DNA of 64,000 bases from positions 39,432,001 through 39,496,000 of the forward strand of contig NC_088854.1 of assembly GCF_963853765.1 (NCBI RefSeq), read 5' to 3'. The position numbers were made by a program, and so were the translations under genes. The notes beneath the pieces were generated by a model. That model saw nothing but the letters and a program-made list of their open reading frames with translations, searched no databases and was not told the DNA's origin. This document shows positions 38,046 to 52,016 of the stretch, piece by piece. This DNA is from Magallana gigas. Its lineage: Eukaryota. Numbering within the stretch: the stretch's first letter is position 1; each line of letters starts with the position of its first letter.

Positions 38046-41000
38046 ATGCCGCCTAAGAATACGAAAAAGAATTCAGCCAAATCGGCAATTCCAAAATCGA
38101 AGACACCAGGTCCAGAATTACAACCGAAGGAGTATGTATCTAATTATTTTGCTATACATCGTCTTCTTTCTTTCGAACTCATGAGTGAACAAAAAAATCA
38201 GTTCCTTACCTTGGAATAAAATAAAACTGTTAATCTTTTACAGAGAAAATGAATTCCTCAACGGGTTATACGAAGGCCAGCTCCGGAAGTAAGTTGTTCT
38301 AAAAGACCTACGTAGCTGGTATCGCAATAGAAAAGACTTAACAATTTATGTACACTAAAAAATTTACAACAGATTCTGATACTACAATACGTAGACGAAT
38401 CAAGGCATTATTGCAATGTAAATGACAAAAGATAGAGAGCTTTGAATCTTATTTTAATTCTGAGGACATATTGAGCCATGGAATAATCTTTTATATTTCA
38501 TTAATATAGCAAAATTTTCTTTATAGTTTATTCTTTGCTTTTTAGAGCTAAAGAAGAAACAAATAATCTAGAGACTCTTTTACAGAAAAAAGACGTTCAA
38601 CTAGATAGGTAATGAAAGAATATTATTAACCATAAGACTTAGTATTTGTGCATTTTATTTTCTTAATGTTAATTAAAACAAAGCATAAACACCCATTAAT
38701 GCTGTTCCTTTTGATAAGGATAACTTATAACAAATGCAAGTAAATCCTAATGTTGTTCATTCATGTAAGCACAGGTCTGCAGCTGAAATTGAATTATTGA
38801 AGAAAGAATTGACAAAGCAGCAGAGAACTTCACAAGGGTAAAAGAATATAAAACCATGTGTAATTTTGCAGACACATACCGTCCTTTTTTGAAATAGTGT
38901 GTGTATGGGGGTAGTAGAGGGTATTCCATTCTAATATCTTGACAAACAAATACAATAAATTATCGAATCCTTAAAACCTAAATTCTTGTGAGGGTTGGCA
39001 TCTCATCATCTCATATCTTTTTCCTTTTCCACTCAGTTCCAATAATATACTCAAGTAAATATGACGGTTCATGAGGTACACCTTTATGTTTACAATTGGT
39101 GATAAATTGTCAAAGGTACAATGGAAAATATAGAAAAGGGGTATAAAAAGGTAAAAATATGCAAAGAAGACATACTGATTCATAGCCCAGTATGAAACCA
39201 TTCAAGAATAAATACTGACATATAACAGAAAAAACTTTCAATTTAACCGTAAAGCTTATAAGGTAGAGTACAACATTTTAAATTTTAAACTTGCCACAAA
39301 GACCATTTCACCAGACAGTATTAAACGGCTGTTTAAAAGCCCCAACAGTTTTCTCTTCATACTCTTAACTAAGATTATTGATAAAAAAAATTGAGGTGTA
39401 GCTATTTGTGCTGACGAAATTGCGTGATAAACATCATCATACTTTACAGCTAGCCCCTAATATTTCTGTATCTTTTATTGGATTGATAAAAAAAAAATAA
39501 TCAATCACTATATTATATTCTATAACATATACCGAGTTCCTCATCATTTTCACACTCATTAATACATCTCAGCTAATGAAACATACCATTAATCTCAACA
39601 GCAACAGTTCCCAGGACAAGAATCTTGCAGAACAACTAGAGAATGAACGAAAAAAGTAAGATTTTACATTGACCGAGCTTTAATAAGTGAGCAAACAGTG
39701 TCATTTCGACAGCATCAAAAATCAAAATCGTAATTATTTAATTGCTACTTTTCGGAACATTCAATTGCGTTATGTGAAAATTAATTAAGAATTTTATTTC
39801 ATAAGATTAAATTATTGGTAAGTGCTTTATATTTGAGGGATTGCATCATTTTGCATGTGTTTTGGAATACAGATTTCATGTCATGTAGGCAAACTATAAA
39901 ACGAATGCCTGTTTGATTTTGAAATTATTAAAATCGTGTATCCAAAATTGGTGCATTGAGTAGAGATTTTAATTCATAGAGTTATTGTTTTAAATGTCAT
40001 AATGTTAATATTTTTACATGTATAATTTGATATTGACCATTTACAGGTATAAATGTTGTAAAATTATGAGTTTAAATGCTGTAATTACTTTAGATTTGTT
40101 TTGTTTTTATGCTAATGATTAGAATATAATAGATTGTCTTTGTTAATCGCAGGTTTGAAGATGAAATTGGAAAAATAAAAGAGAAATACGAAAAAGAACT
40201 AAAGGGGTAGTCGCTTTTATTCATTAATCTTAAAGTACATTATATTTGATGCATGGTGTTTAGTATAAATTTATTTTACTTTTTTCCTTTAACACAACAA
40301 CAAATTATCACAAAGAAAATGCAACTGTCTCTATCGAGAACATAGATATTAATACTTCCCGAAAGGATAATCATCAATATAACTTGTCATTAGCAGACCT
40401 TCTTTTTAGAAGTTAATCAAAATGACTGCGAAATTCCGACATCGTCAGTAAAACTCTTTCGTGATTGAATGGTTGTCATTTAAGATACAGTAAACAACGC
40501 TTTTAACGAAGTAACAAGGACAAGCGATTTAACTTATGTATTAACGTTATTCGTTATATCCGTTAGCTACACAATGTATTTAAATCCACGGAAAATTTAA
40601 ATATATACATCATAATCGTCAATTCGTCATAAGCGAGTTTGTTTTAAACGTAATTTACTGTAATTATCATGAGATATAATTTTTGTATAATATTGTGATT
40701 ACGACAAACAGAATATTCCTACCTTGCTTTATGTGTAAATCATGATAATTGTTAGAGAGACATGCTAAAAGTAGAGAAATCAATGTAATTAAACAAATGC
40801 TTATTGGATATTTGAAATTCTTATGATTATGCATTGATATGAAAAAACGTAGATTTTAAATGATAAGCAGAGTTCTTGTTTATAACATTTACTAATTATA
40901 GTTGGTATTGCTAAGCATGTTGTTAACTTCTAATTGAAACTCTGAAATACATGTAATTATAAACAATTATATTTATTGTGTAGTTAAGTTTTTATAATTT

Positions 41001-44000
41001 GAAAATGAAGAAATTTTCATGTTGATTATACATACAGGAGTAAAGATGAAATTGAAAAATTAAAGAAGGACCACGAAAACGAAATAAAGAGGTAGATATT
41101 TATTATTTGTATAATTATACATATATATATAGTCAATTAATTGTTGTTTTTTTCATAGTGTTTTGCATTGATTGTAAAGTATGCATTATCTTGTCCTGTT
41201 TTATTTTTTGTTTTTTTTTAAATTTTACTATGTGCCTTGTTCTTTCTTTGTTGTCAATTTCACTATGTATTTTATGTCAAATAAGAACCAATTCAACTCA
41301 AATTAATTTTCATATATGTTTCAGGCTGACTGCTGGCACGGAAAAAGCCAGAAATCAGAGGTAAGATGACTCTAAAACATAGCATTAATCTTTCTATTGA
41401 AAACACGTATTAATGTTTAAAACCATAAGTAAATTGTTGGAACTGAAATATTAGGTATTATTTGTCACCATTTTTTTTTTAGAATTAAGATTGAAATGTC
41501 TCTTTAATTTGTTACATGTTTCTTCTTGATTTAAAGCAAGGAAAATCCTGAGGTGGAGAAACTTAAAGAACAACTAGAGAAAGAACGGATAAGGCATGTT
41601 GATAATCTCTGTTATAATTTGATTTTGAGTTCCAAATTAATACATGTAATGACTTAGGTGAAACAGCAACAGCCATGATACGCATAGCATCTCAAATGTA
41701 TCATACTTATAATTAAAGAAATATTCTTAGTAAGCTTTAAAAATTCCAATGAAAAAAAAATAAATAAAAAATCCAATGAATGATGTTATTTTTTTTTTTT
41801 TATATAAAAGTACTGTTATAAAAAAATAAATTACAACGTTATTTATGAAACTGTAAAGAGTATAAGTTCGGAGATATAAAAAGTGGAAAGGGGGAGAAAC
41901 CTAATCATACAATTCTTAAAAAAACTAAGAAGAGTTTGTGTTTAGTAACATTTACTCCTAACGTTGGTATTGACCAAGCACGTTGGTACGATCTGATTAA
42001 AATTCTGAAATATTAATGTTTAATAGGTATACAATAGTCCTTAGTATTCTAATTGTAATGATTTGAATATGATAAATAATTCTGTGTTGATCATAGGAAT
42101 AAAGATGAAATCGAAAAATTAAAGAAGGACCACGAAAATGATATTAAGAGGTACTTGTAGCTATTTGAATAATTGTAAAGAATCATTTAATCAAGAAAAT
42201 TAAATGCATAATTATTTTATAAATCAATGAATATTGTAACTATCTTCTATTATTCATTTACCGGTATTTAAAAAACCAAGAAGGGTTTGTGTATATCACA
42301 TTTCTTGTAATATTTGGTATTGACCATTCACGTTATTAAATTCTGACTAAAAATCAGAAATACATGTAGTTTTTCAATATTATTGTTTTCTATACTCTAA
42401 TTTCAATGATTTGAATATGACAAATATTTTGTGCTGATCGTAGGACTAAAGATGAAATAGAGAAACTAAAGAAGGATTACGAAAATGAAATAAAGAGGTA
42501 ATCATTTTTCATTTGTATAAATGTAAAGAATCATTACACAGAAAAATTAAATTGATTGATTTTTTGGGGTTATATTTTGCATTGATTTTTGAAACATGTA
42601 TTTTTCTTGTTCAGGTTTATTTTTGTCGATATCATTATTGTCTTAAGTCAAATAAAAACCAGTTTAACATATCAGTTTTTCAAATATATTTCAGGTTAAC
42701 CACTGAAGTGGAAAATTCAAGAAATCAGAGGTAAGATAACTTGGAAACACCGCAATATTTATATTTATTAAATATATCAATTAAATTCCTATGTAAAGCA
42801 TTTGGAAATGAAAAATGAAAACGTTAATTTATTGTTCGTCACATTTTTTTTACCAATTGAGATTAAAACGTTCTTCTCTTTAATTAATTACATGTTTCTT
42901 CTTGATTTAAAGCACGGAAAATCCTGAGGCGGAGAAACTTAAAGAACAACTAGAGAAAGTACAGAAAAGGTAAGTTAATAAACTTTGTTACAAGTTCCTT
43001 ATTGATGATGTTTTAAGAATATGAAATGACAGCAATGATATACGTAACATCTAAAATGAACCTGACTTATAATTTACAGAAAATAAATACGTTTTGCAAA
43101 TTCAAATTAAAGGGAGCATAAGCAAAAAATCCATGCATAATTATTTCATGATCGCAACCATTATGCAACAGTTGGATTCAAACTTCCATTTAAAAACTTT
43201 AAAGATTTATAAGAATTAATTTTCAAAGAAGAGAAAAAGGGGAGAGTCCGTACAACATGAAAGATGAGTTACTGATTATAAAAATTTGATATTCAATAAT
43301 CCCTGTCGTTAATTTCTGATAAAATACTGAGACGACTGATTAGTATCAATATTTTGTATATTCTTAAATGAATATGAAAGATACTTTTGTGTTGTAAAAA
43401 GGACCGAAGATGAAATTGAAAAAATAAAGAAGGACCACGAAAAGGAAATAAAGAGGTAGCCATTTTTTGCTTATTTAATAGTTCAGTTTTATCAATACAT
43501 TACATTAATTCTTTTGTCAATTTTACTATGTTCTTTTTGTCATATTAGAACAAGATCAACTAAATTAATTCTAATATGTTTTCAGGCTGACCACCGACAC
43601 GGAGAAGTCGAGAAATCAAAGGTTACATAACAGATTATCACTCCTGATTTTGAATAAAAATGTTTTAATCAAATGTCAAATTATTGTAAGAAAAGTTATG
43701 TATAATTTGTCACAATTTTTGTTAGAAAGTGAGGTTGGTTATAATCTTCAATTCGTAGAATGTTATTTTTTATATAAAAGCACGGACAATTCTGAGGTAA
43801 AGGCGCTTAAAGAACAACTAGATAATGAACGGAAAAAGTAAGTTAATAAACGTGATTACAAGTTATTAATTTATGGCGCCTTAAGTATAACAGCAATGCT
43901 TCATGCTTATATGTATCGGGACTATTATTGCCAAACATAATAAAAATTCCAATTTAAAAACTATTAAGTAATCATTATATGCAGGACTATGGTTACGCAA

Positions 44001-47000
44001 AATAGATCCATTATAACTTTTATTATGGTCATCTAATCAATTAACAAATGTACATAAAAGTTTTGAAACTTTAAAAAAAGGTTATCTAATAAACGATAAA
44101 GAAATGTGAAAAGGACAAAATTCTTTTTAAAAAAAATGTCAATAAAAAGAGCTGGTTATGTTTAAAATATTGACCTGTAACATTTGATATAATAGAGCAA
44201 CCAATAGTCATTATGATTTAAATAATTGGTTTAGTTCAGGCTAAATATGAAGAACTTGAATATGATAGATAATTACATGTTTTTAACTCAGATCTGTAGA
44301 TGAAATTGAGAAAAAGAACAAGAGCCATGAAGAAGAAATAAAGAGGTAACAGTAGAGCACTTCACATAAAATGATGCTTCTGAAGTTTATCTGTATGAAT
44401 AGTGTTTATCAGACTATAAAAATGATTCTGTTCGATTTATCTTTTTAAGGTTATGATAAGCCATATGTCATATAGATATTATAGATTCAATCCACTAAGA
44501 TACCTTTCTTTTTTATATATAATTTTAGGCTATCCTCAGAATTGGAAACATTGAAAAAACAGAGGTGAGACAGTATCAAAATCTTGACCGACTGACTAGT
44601 TCACTTAGCGTTGTATAGCTTTTCCTTATGTAGTTTGTCTTATTAAATACAGTATCGGTAATCCTGGCAGTGCTTATTTATGGATTTTATAAACTGGCAA
44701 TATGAGGGTTGTTCGTAAATTTTTGAGACAACACAAATATCTCTCTTTCTAAGTGGCGAATTTTAATGAAAATTGGCATAAACATTGAGGCAACCTAACC
44801 GAATAATTTAGCAAAGAAATAATACAAAATAATTAAGACTTTGTTTAGTTGTTTTGTTTTGTTACTAACTTTTGTTTGTAATACGAAGAGAGTACTTAAT
44901 ATTTACCAAGCAATTACAATCTGACTGACACGGTTTATTGAATTTTGACATCAACACAGCACAGCGAATATACATAAAATTGGTGTGACTTCCGGAAAAA
45001 AAAAATTTTTGCCCAAAAAATTGGTTAAATAAAAACTATACGATTGAAAAGAGTCAAAAGCTTCATTTAATTGGGGTTTATTTACTGATTGTTTAACTAG
45101 AATTAAAACAACGGAACTAAATACCAAGCACTTTTTTTTCACACAAACTGATTTTAACAGTTCTGAGATATATACAGAATGAATGGAAGAGAAGTTTCAC
45201 AGTAAGCTTACTTTTCGGCAGAAATAACTCGATATAAAAAAAAATGAAGAATGGAAAATATTATACAATTATTTAATGCTTGAGCAGTCGATAGACCCGA
45301 ATATTTTTCCCGAGGTGCAGGGAATCCCTTTGATTAGGTAATACATGTAACTGTTGCCATTTTAAAATAAAAAGAGAAGAAGAAAAATGAAGAATAGTTC
45401 GTGTTTCCGTTCGTTTGTAAGGTGTTTATAACATATATGACTAAGAGAAAACGTTAAAATGACGTTGCGATGATTTTGTGGTTGCGCCGGGTAGGCATGT
45501 TTGTTAGCTTACCAGGAAGGAACAAATGATGTCATTAACTTCAAGATTTTTGCGTTAATAAAAGACATCCTGATTTATGTTCTGGTGAAATTGCAATGAT
45601 TTATCTTTTTTCTTAAGGGAGTAAGAGTAATGTCTCAATACTCGAAGAGTGCATTTAAACCCAAGCGGCTATTATAGTTATATCGCAAAGAATATGGGCA
45701 ATACTAGTTTTGAAAGGTGTGAATATTGCAAAGGGCAGAGATGTACTTTCAAATATATCTCAGAAACATACAAAACTGTGTTCGTCACTTATCAAAATTA
45801 ATATAATAACCAGGTAAAAGTGGTGTTTGGAGCCTTGAATATACCTGAACATAAGCGGCTTAATTTAGATAATGATATTCGAGATATACAGATGTTTAAA
45901 AAGATTTATCTATAGAAAACACCTGAGTCGGGCAACATGCTTCGACAGAAGCAACATTTCAGGATGTCCCTTGTAATAGACGTCGATACACATGTATTTT
46001 ATTGTACTTTTGTCTTTCTTTCTTTGTGATGTATGATAGAGCGTATATTTTTTGCAAATGTTGTGATTTGTTAATATAAATTATTACTCACAGTTTCTTT
46101 GATAAGCAATGAAAGTGTTTCGATAATTGTATTTCATTGTCAGACTTGTCATTAGAATTGTATTTCGGGTCATTTTTTATATAGTGGGAATGCTCTCCAA
46201 AGTTTAGAAAAGAAATACGAGGAAGAAAAAAGTCGTGCAGAACAATTGGCGAAGTATGTATATGTATATTATACACACAACCTTTATTATGAAAGAAATA
46301 TAAATGTGTTAATAACAAAACGTAAGCCATCTTCATATTTATTACAGCGAAAACAAAGAATTGCAGGAAGACATTGAAAACAGGAAAGAACAGTCAAAAA
46401 AGTAGGTGATTTCACAATTCATTGTAACGTGAGAGAAAAAAGACCAAGTGATAAATATACTGTTTAAAATCATTAAAGAAGGGCAGTTTTTAACAAAAAA
46501 ATCTTATTTATAGTAAGAAACAGCCGAAGAATTTACCTGCTGGAGATATTGCATCGTTGAGACAGGAAAATGAAACTTTAAAAAATAGGTAAGATAATTA
46601 AATATTGTTTAGTTGACTTTCAGGAGTATAGTTTAAAACAAATGCTCACTTACATGTATTTTTAATTCTAATGTGAACAAATATTTAAGAAAACAAGCAA
46701 TCACAATCAATGTCATATAAATACATGCAATCATTGCGTTCAATTTAGTGTAAACTTTTTTCACTCGCGACGATTTTACCATTTGCAATTAAACAATGAT
46801 TATTTGGTACAAAACAACTGATATAACCTAAAATTGCAATAAGCATTTATAAAAAAATCATAAGCAAATACGAAAGAAATAAACTTATGAGAGAACCGGA
46901 TTGCAGCATATAATAATCCAAAGCCAAATTCAAATTTGAGTAACACTTTGTAAATTAAAACCACAAAAATGATGTATAATTATCCCAGGGTCCTTTGATT

Positions 47001-48850
47001 GAGTTAACTTAATGCAACTTCAATGTATGAAGCATGGATAGCTTTATACCATGACTTTCTTTTTTGTGTAGACTCAGTCAGTTGGCAGGTGCCAAATTAA
47101 CTGAAGGAAATCCTAATATTGCCGACTTGAGTGACAAAAACCGTCCTACAAATCTGGCAGAACATTTCTCAGAACTTTATGACAATGAGTGGACGGATGC
47201 ATTAGAAGAATTGACCGACACGGAAAGTAAATCTGAGGAAGAAGGAATTAAAATTCTTTTCGATATAGTTAAGGTAATGATTTTGAGCCTTTCTTGATGT
47301 ATATCATTTTGATAAATAGAGGGTTTTAAAATCAATAAATTGATTTTGTAGTACCTATTGTACAAATGATTTTGATTTACATTTATCAAATTGAAATCGC
47401 AAAGTGTCCCATACCACCTCAAGTACCCAAAGAATTGTGTTTTAGTTTATCAAGGCAATATTTTTCTTTTATTAAATTGAAAGTGTTCTCAGATAGTATA
47501 TCTGTTTAAGTTTCCCGCGTCAGATAAAATTTATTCCTAACATTAAAACACTCAGACTGGAGAGGGCTAGCATCCATTTTTAAAGGGGACACAAAATTGC
47601 ATTAAGAGAGGTGTGCAATTTAGATTCTGCTGTGGTATGGTCCTTAAGCATCTAAAACTTACAAAACCCACCTTCCAATAATTGCATTTTAAAAATCGTT
47701 TCGCATTACTTTTTAGGCAACAATAATTTTACAGTTTAATTAAAATATATTCTGTTATATTTTTTGAACCCCGTATGTCGTGTTTGATCCTATAAAGTAA
47801 AAATCTTTGAATCCTTAGAAATTGTTTTGTTGCTTCTGCAGTTATCACCATTAATTAAATGTCATTAGACAAAACTTATAATATTCAAATTGCACAAAAT
47901 TTTTTCATGAATCCAAATCGAGTTTTCCTAACAACCCTCATTAAGTTCAAATTTATGTATTAAATAAATAAAAATTGAGAAAAATAAACTTTGAAAAATT
48001 TGTTTTAAACAATTCCTAAATATAACGTACACATACATCTACAAATGAAATTTTTTTTAATATAATTGTAAAACCTTACATGATCATAATTTTGATTATT
48101 TCACAGGATGCCTATGCATTTTCTAGCAAGCAGGCGACATTTTTCTATGACTCTGTGTCAAAAGGAATGGAAGGTTTTGGGCTGGAAAACCATAATGTTA
48201 GTTATTCAAAACTATTTAAATGGATATTTCTCCTTAATATTTTGAAGATTGATAAAACAGTTCATCATGAATAAAGTAAAATTTGTTTGACAATTTTCCT
48301 GCAATTGTTAAAAAATTAACTTTTCATTTTAAAGTAAATTTATTTTAAGATAAAGACAGCAGTTGTAGATTATCTCAATCGAATAAGCATAATTTTAGAA
48401 ATGGCCACATGGATTATCCAAGCAGGTCAAGGACCACAGGAAATCAATTTCAGTTTTAGTTGCAGGGACTCTAGGCCAGGTATGTATAAGCGATGATTAC
48501 AATGATATGTTCATTCAATCTTCAGACTGCATTTATGCGAAAAGGAAATAAAAAATTGAACGACATAAATTTTAATGTTATCACAGGCATTCTTGAAAAA
48601 TCAGAAAAAGAAATATGGCAAAGCAACGGCAAAATACGCAGAAGCATGTGCGACATTGTGTTTGTATATGTGTGTGCAGGACCCTGCAGTGTATATCGAC
48701 TCCGATGTGCCTAAAGGGAAATTTGACAAAGATAAGTACAGGGCATACACGAAGTCTGGTGCCGAATACGCTTTCCTTGTTTGGCCCCCACTCTTCCTTC
48801 ATAAAGAGGGACCAATGCTTGGAAAAGGAATAGCTCAAGGATCCAAATAA
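38046..48850 (+). CDS. Gene E: coiled-coil protein with a mitochondria-eating-protein (MIEAP, PF16026-like) C-terminal domain, about 544 aa
   Basis: Exons 38046-38131, 38244-38288, 38546-38608, 38775-38837, 39602-39655, 40153-40206, 41038-41091, 41325-41360, 41537-41593 (GC donor), 42097-42150, 42444-42497, 42695-42730, 42913-42969, 43402-43455, 43586-43621, 43781-43837, 44292-44345, 44529-44564, 46348-46401, 46514-46588, 47072-47273, 48107-48196 and 48587-48850 (last acceptor uncertain). Motifs DLSDKNRPTNLAEHFSELYDNEWTDA and VQDP...FDKDKYRAYTKSG...LVWPPLFL...LGKGIAQ. I do not call it the SPATA18 orthologue. Confidence 0.82.
41000..44570 (+). repeat. Intragenic tandem duplication of a 54/36/57-nt exon triplet with its introns
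   Basis: Exons KDEIEKLKKDHENEIKR / LT.E.EKSRNQR / TENPEVEKLKEQLEKERK recur. Intron motifs are also shared (TTGGTATTGACC, ATTTGAATATGA, TTCTTGATTTAAAG). Confidence 0.9.
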
Positions 48851-51810
48851 CAGTAAATGCACAACAAAGAAGTATCCATCGTGTATCGTTGACACATACA
48901 TTGATTTTGATCAATTGTAACACTCCCATTGAATATGCTGTTATCATATAAATTTTTTCTTGTTGAAGCATAAAAAAGTTATTTTAATTTTAAGCTTGTT
49001 TCTTATAGCGACTTTGCACTTGATCATGGACAACTCCTCGAAGTGCAATTCATGGCTTTACAAAATTCAAAGTCAAGTGAGCATAAATCCAAATATCTGA
49101 TGTAAAAAATCACAATGCATGACATATAAGAAATTTAAGATATGTTACGTACTAGTATATACTTTGCATGTAGAAGAACATTTGAGAAATGCAGGGAAGA
49201 GTCAGGTAGATTAAAAAAAAATTCTTCTAAAACTACATTTCATAAATTCAAACATTTAGTTTAGCAGATTGTTTAACATTCGCTTATTGATTGTATTTAG
49301 TAATGAAGTTGTTAAGGTCTATAACCGTACTTTGTAATATTTTAGTCTTATGACTATCTAGACGTTGCTATTTGCTATTTAAAGGAATCATAAAAACAAC
49401 AAAGAAAATGAATTCATGTATTAAAAATACATTTTTTTCCCAAAAATTTTATATTGAGTACATGCCAATATTTTTTAAAAAATATCTTGGTTATAATCTA
49501 CATTTGCGTCTGACAGAGTTTAGAAAAGATTGATTTGCATTAAAATGTGCTCATTATGTTTTTCTACTGTCACATACAGATAAACACGGATATTGACTAC
49601 AACCAAAAAGTCAATAATAAAAAATAATTTATTAAAACTAAAAAAAAGTCAATATTAAAAAAAAATGCAAACTCTCACACTGTTGGTTATTTCAATTGAA
49701 AATAATGAACAAAGTTTTCTCTGAAACGTTTGATTGTTTATCTCAAGTATGAAACAATTTTTACACTGAAGTAATTTAAGACCGTTTTTCTATTCAAAAC
49801 CAAAAACGTTTAATATTGCTACAATACCTGCCTTTAAATTAAGAATTTTAAAGTTGACTATTGCCCATAGTTGTCTTGCATAAAATAAATCTAATGTACG
49901 ACAATCTGCCGAACACTTTCAATATGGTATTTTCTCTGCAACAGACAGACAACCAAAACTATCATGGTGTTATATTTGGTATACCTGTTCTCTCTGTCTT
50001 GGACTCTCGAGCTGAGAAATGTTAAATGGATTGTTACATCCACAGAGCAATTTATTCTTTAATTCACAAAAAACCCCAACAAACTACTAAAACATTCAAG
50101 TCAACACTTTTATGCCCCTTCCTAATAAAGTACATTTAATTGTACACAAAGATTGCTTAACTGTTGGTATGACAACAAATATGACATTTTATTTTTAATT
50201 TACATAATTATTTATTAAATGAGTAACACTTTACACAACACAGAATGTACATCAACAATTAACATAATATAAAAAAGAAAAATAATTGTAATAACCCAAA
50301 TTAAAGTAAAAGGGAAAATCCTGCATATACCCTACCAAAAAAAGATTATAGCGGGCAAACTGGTGACCTGGTGTTGAGCGCTAGCACCGAAAATCCCATA
50401 TCGGACTTGAAGAATTGTCAATTAAATACCCTATTTCCAAGAGATTGTAACTAGTTGTTAGAACAAAATATACTTCGTGAACCGCTGGACTAAGCATCCA
50501 TTCATGTGTGAACAAAATGAGTGGGTACCAAGACTGAACAACTTCAGTGTCTCCAATCTAGAACAACCACTATTTACAAATATCTACACATGTAGAATTG
50601 TTTTTATACGAACCAACACCCTCTGTCTTTGATTTTTAGAGGAATGGGGTCATTTAGTAATACAAAATGAAAACTTTCTAATCATACTCCTTCAAACCTA
50701 ACACATACATTGATATGATACCCTCACATACAGCAGTTATTCTATTACTATTTGACATGTATTATTGGATAATAAAAAGTGAGCCTAAAATATTTAGAAT
50801 ACTAGTAACCTGGTCATCTCGTCTGAAAGATGAGTTTCATCATAACGGAACAAAATAATCACATGAATAAATAGAATGTCGTTTGAAATAACTTCTACCC
50901 CTACCCTCGTTCCTAAATCTGAAATCATTTGCTAACATGATGATGTCAGTCTCTTTGACATAGATGGAAATGAAAGTAGGCGGCAGGATTTGATAAGTCG
51001 TTACAAGTACACATATTTTCATGTTTCAAAAAATGATGCAATTATTCAATTAAGTAAGTAAATTAAGTAAAAAAGTCTTGTTGATAATATATTCTTCCCT
51101 TCATCTGGCACAAAAAATCTCAATTAAACTCCCTTATCGCAATTTTTCGGGGTATAAAATTCCGTGTAAGTTTATATCATCCCCCCCCCCCCCCGAAAAC
51201 ACCCATTTACATATGTTTGGCAGTGCTACGTTCAAAGACAATATAAAGGGTGTCAAGGTTGTTTATCGATGTCAATTTTATATAGTTTTGATGTGTACTG
51301 TGCGTGATTATTTTGATATCTACAAAACTAAGCTTAAAAATGACTGCATGGTCTGACGTCTAATGTGTTTCAGTAAAGCAAATTTTCGAATTTTTAAATA
51401 TTTTAAATATTCAACTAATCGATAAACGGGGCGCGTACATTTCAGTCCTGTCAGTTTCATACTTGCTGGATGTAATTAATATGTTCTATTATATTACCAT
51501 TTAGTAATAAATACAAGGCAATATTGTAAAGTTTGGCACTGCATGTTTTATTTTTAACCAAAACTATCAATGCCGCGTCGTAGACAGAACATTTTGCCCC
51601 CTCGGTGAAATAACACTACTCAACATAAGAAGTGATAAAAGATTCTATTAACATAAGAAATGAATGTCCAATTACATAATCCTCTATGTATTCACGCGTA
51701 TGTCGTAGCTTAAATCCAATGCCTTTTAAACTTTTTTTTAAATGACCGATATCTAAACAGTTTTGATCAGGCTGATTTTAGGCACAACTTGATTTCTACT
51801 TTTATTTCAG

Positions 51811-51877
51811 TGTTTTTGTTGTATACCCGGAAGGTGATGTTGTTATGGGATTTATGAACAACCTATTTAAAGAAGGG
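51811..51877 (+). other. Putative 5' exon of gene F, homologous to 37780-37848 (ATG at 51845, MGFMNNLFKEG)
   Basis: AG at 51810, GT at 51878; alignment with the gene E upstream exon. Confidence 0.55.
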
Positions 51878-52016
51878 TAATGTATGATTGAAAAAATATC
51901 AAGCGATAATACTTCATTCCATGACTGGAATTGGATCAGTCTACAAGATCACAACTCGTGAGATCATCTATCATTGGTAATTTGGATAGTGCAAATGTAC
52001 GCACTTTGCCTAAACA

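Noticed and set aside
45178-45205. Possible tiny phase-2 exon in gene E intron
   Set aside because: No similarity to the repeated exons and weak acceptor context.
50330-50640. Moderately GC-rich stretch between genes E and F
   Set aside because: Only a start-less frame of about 55 codons with no recognisable motif.
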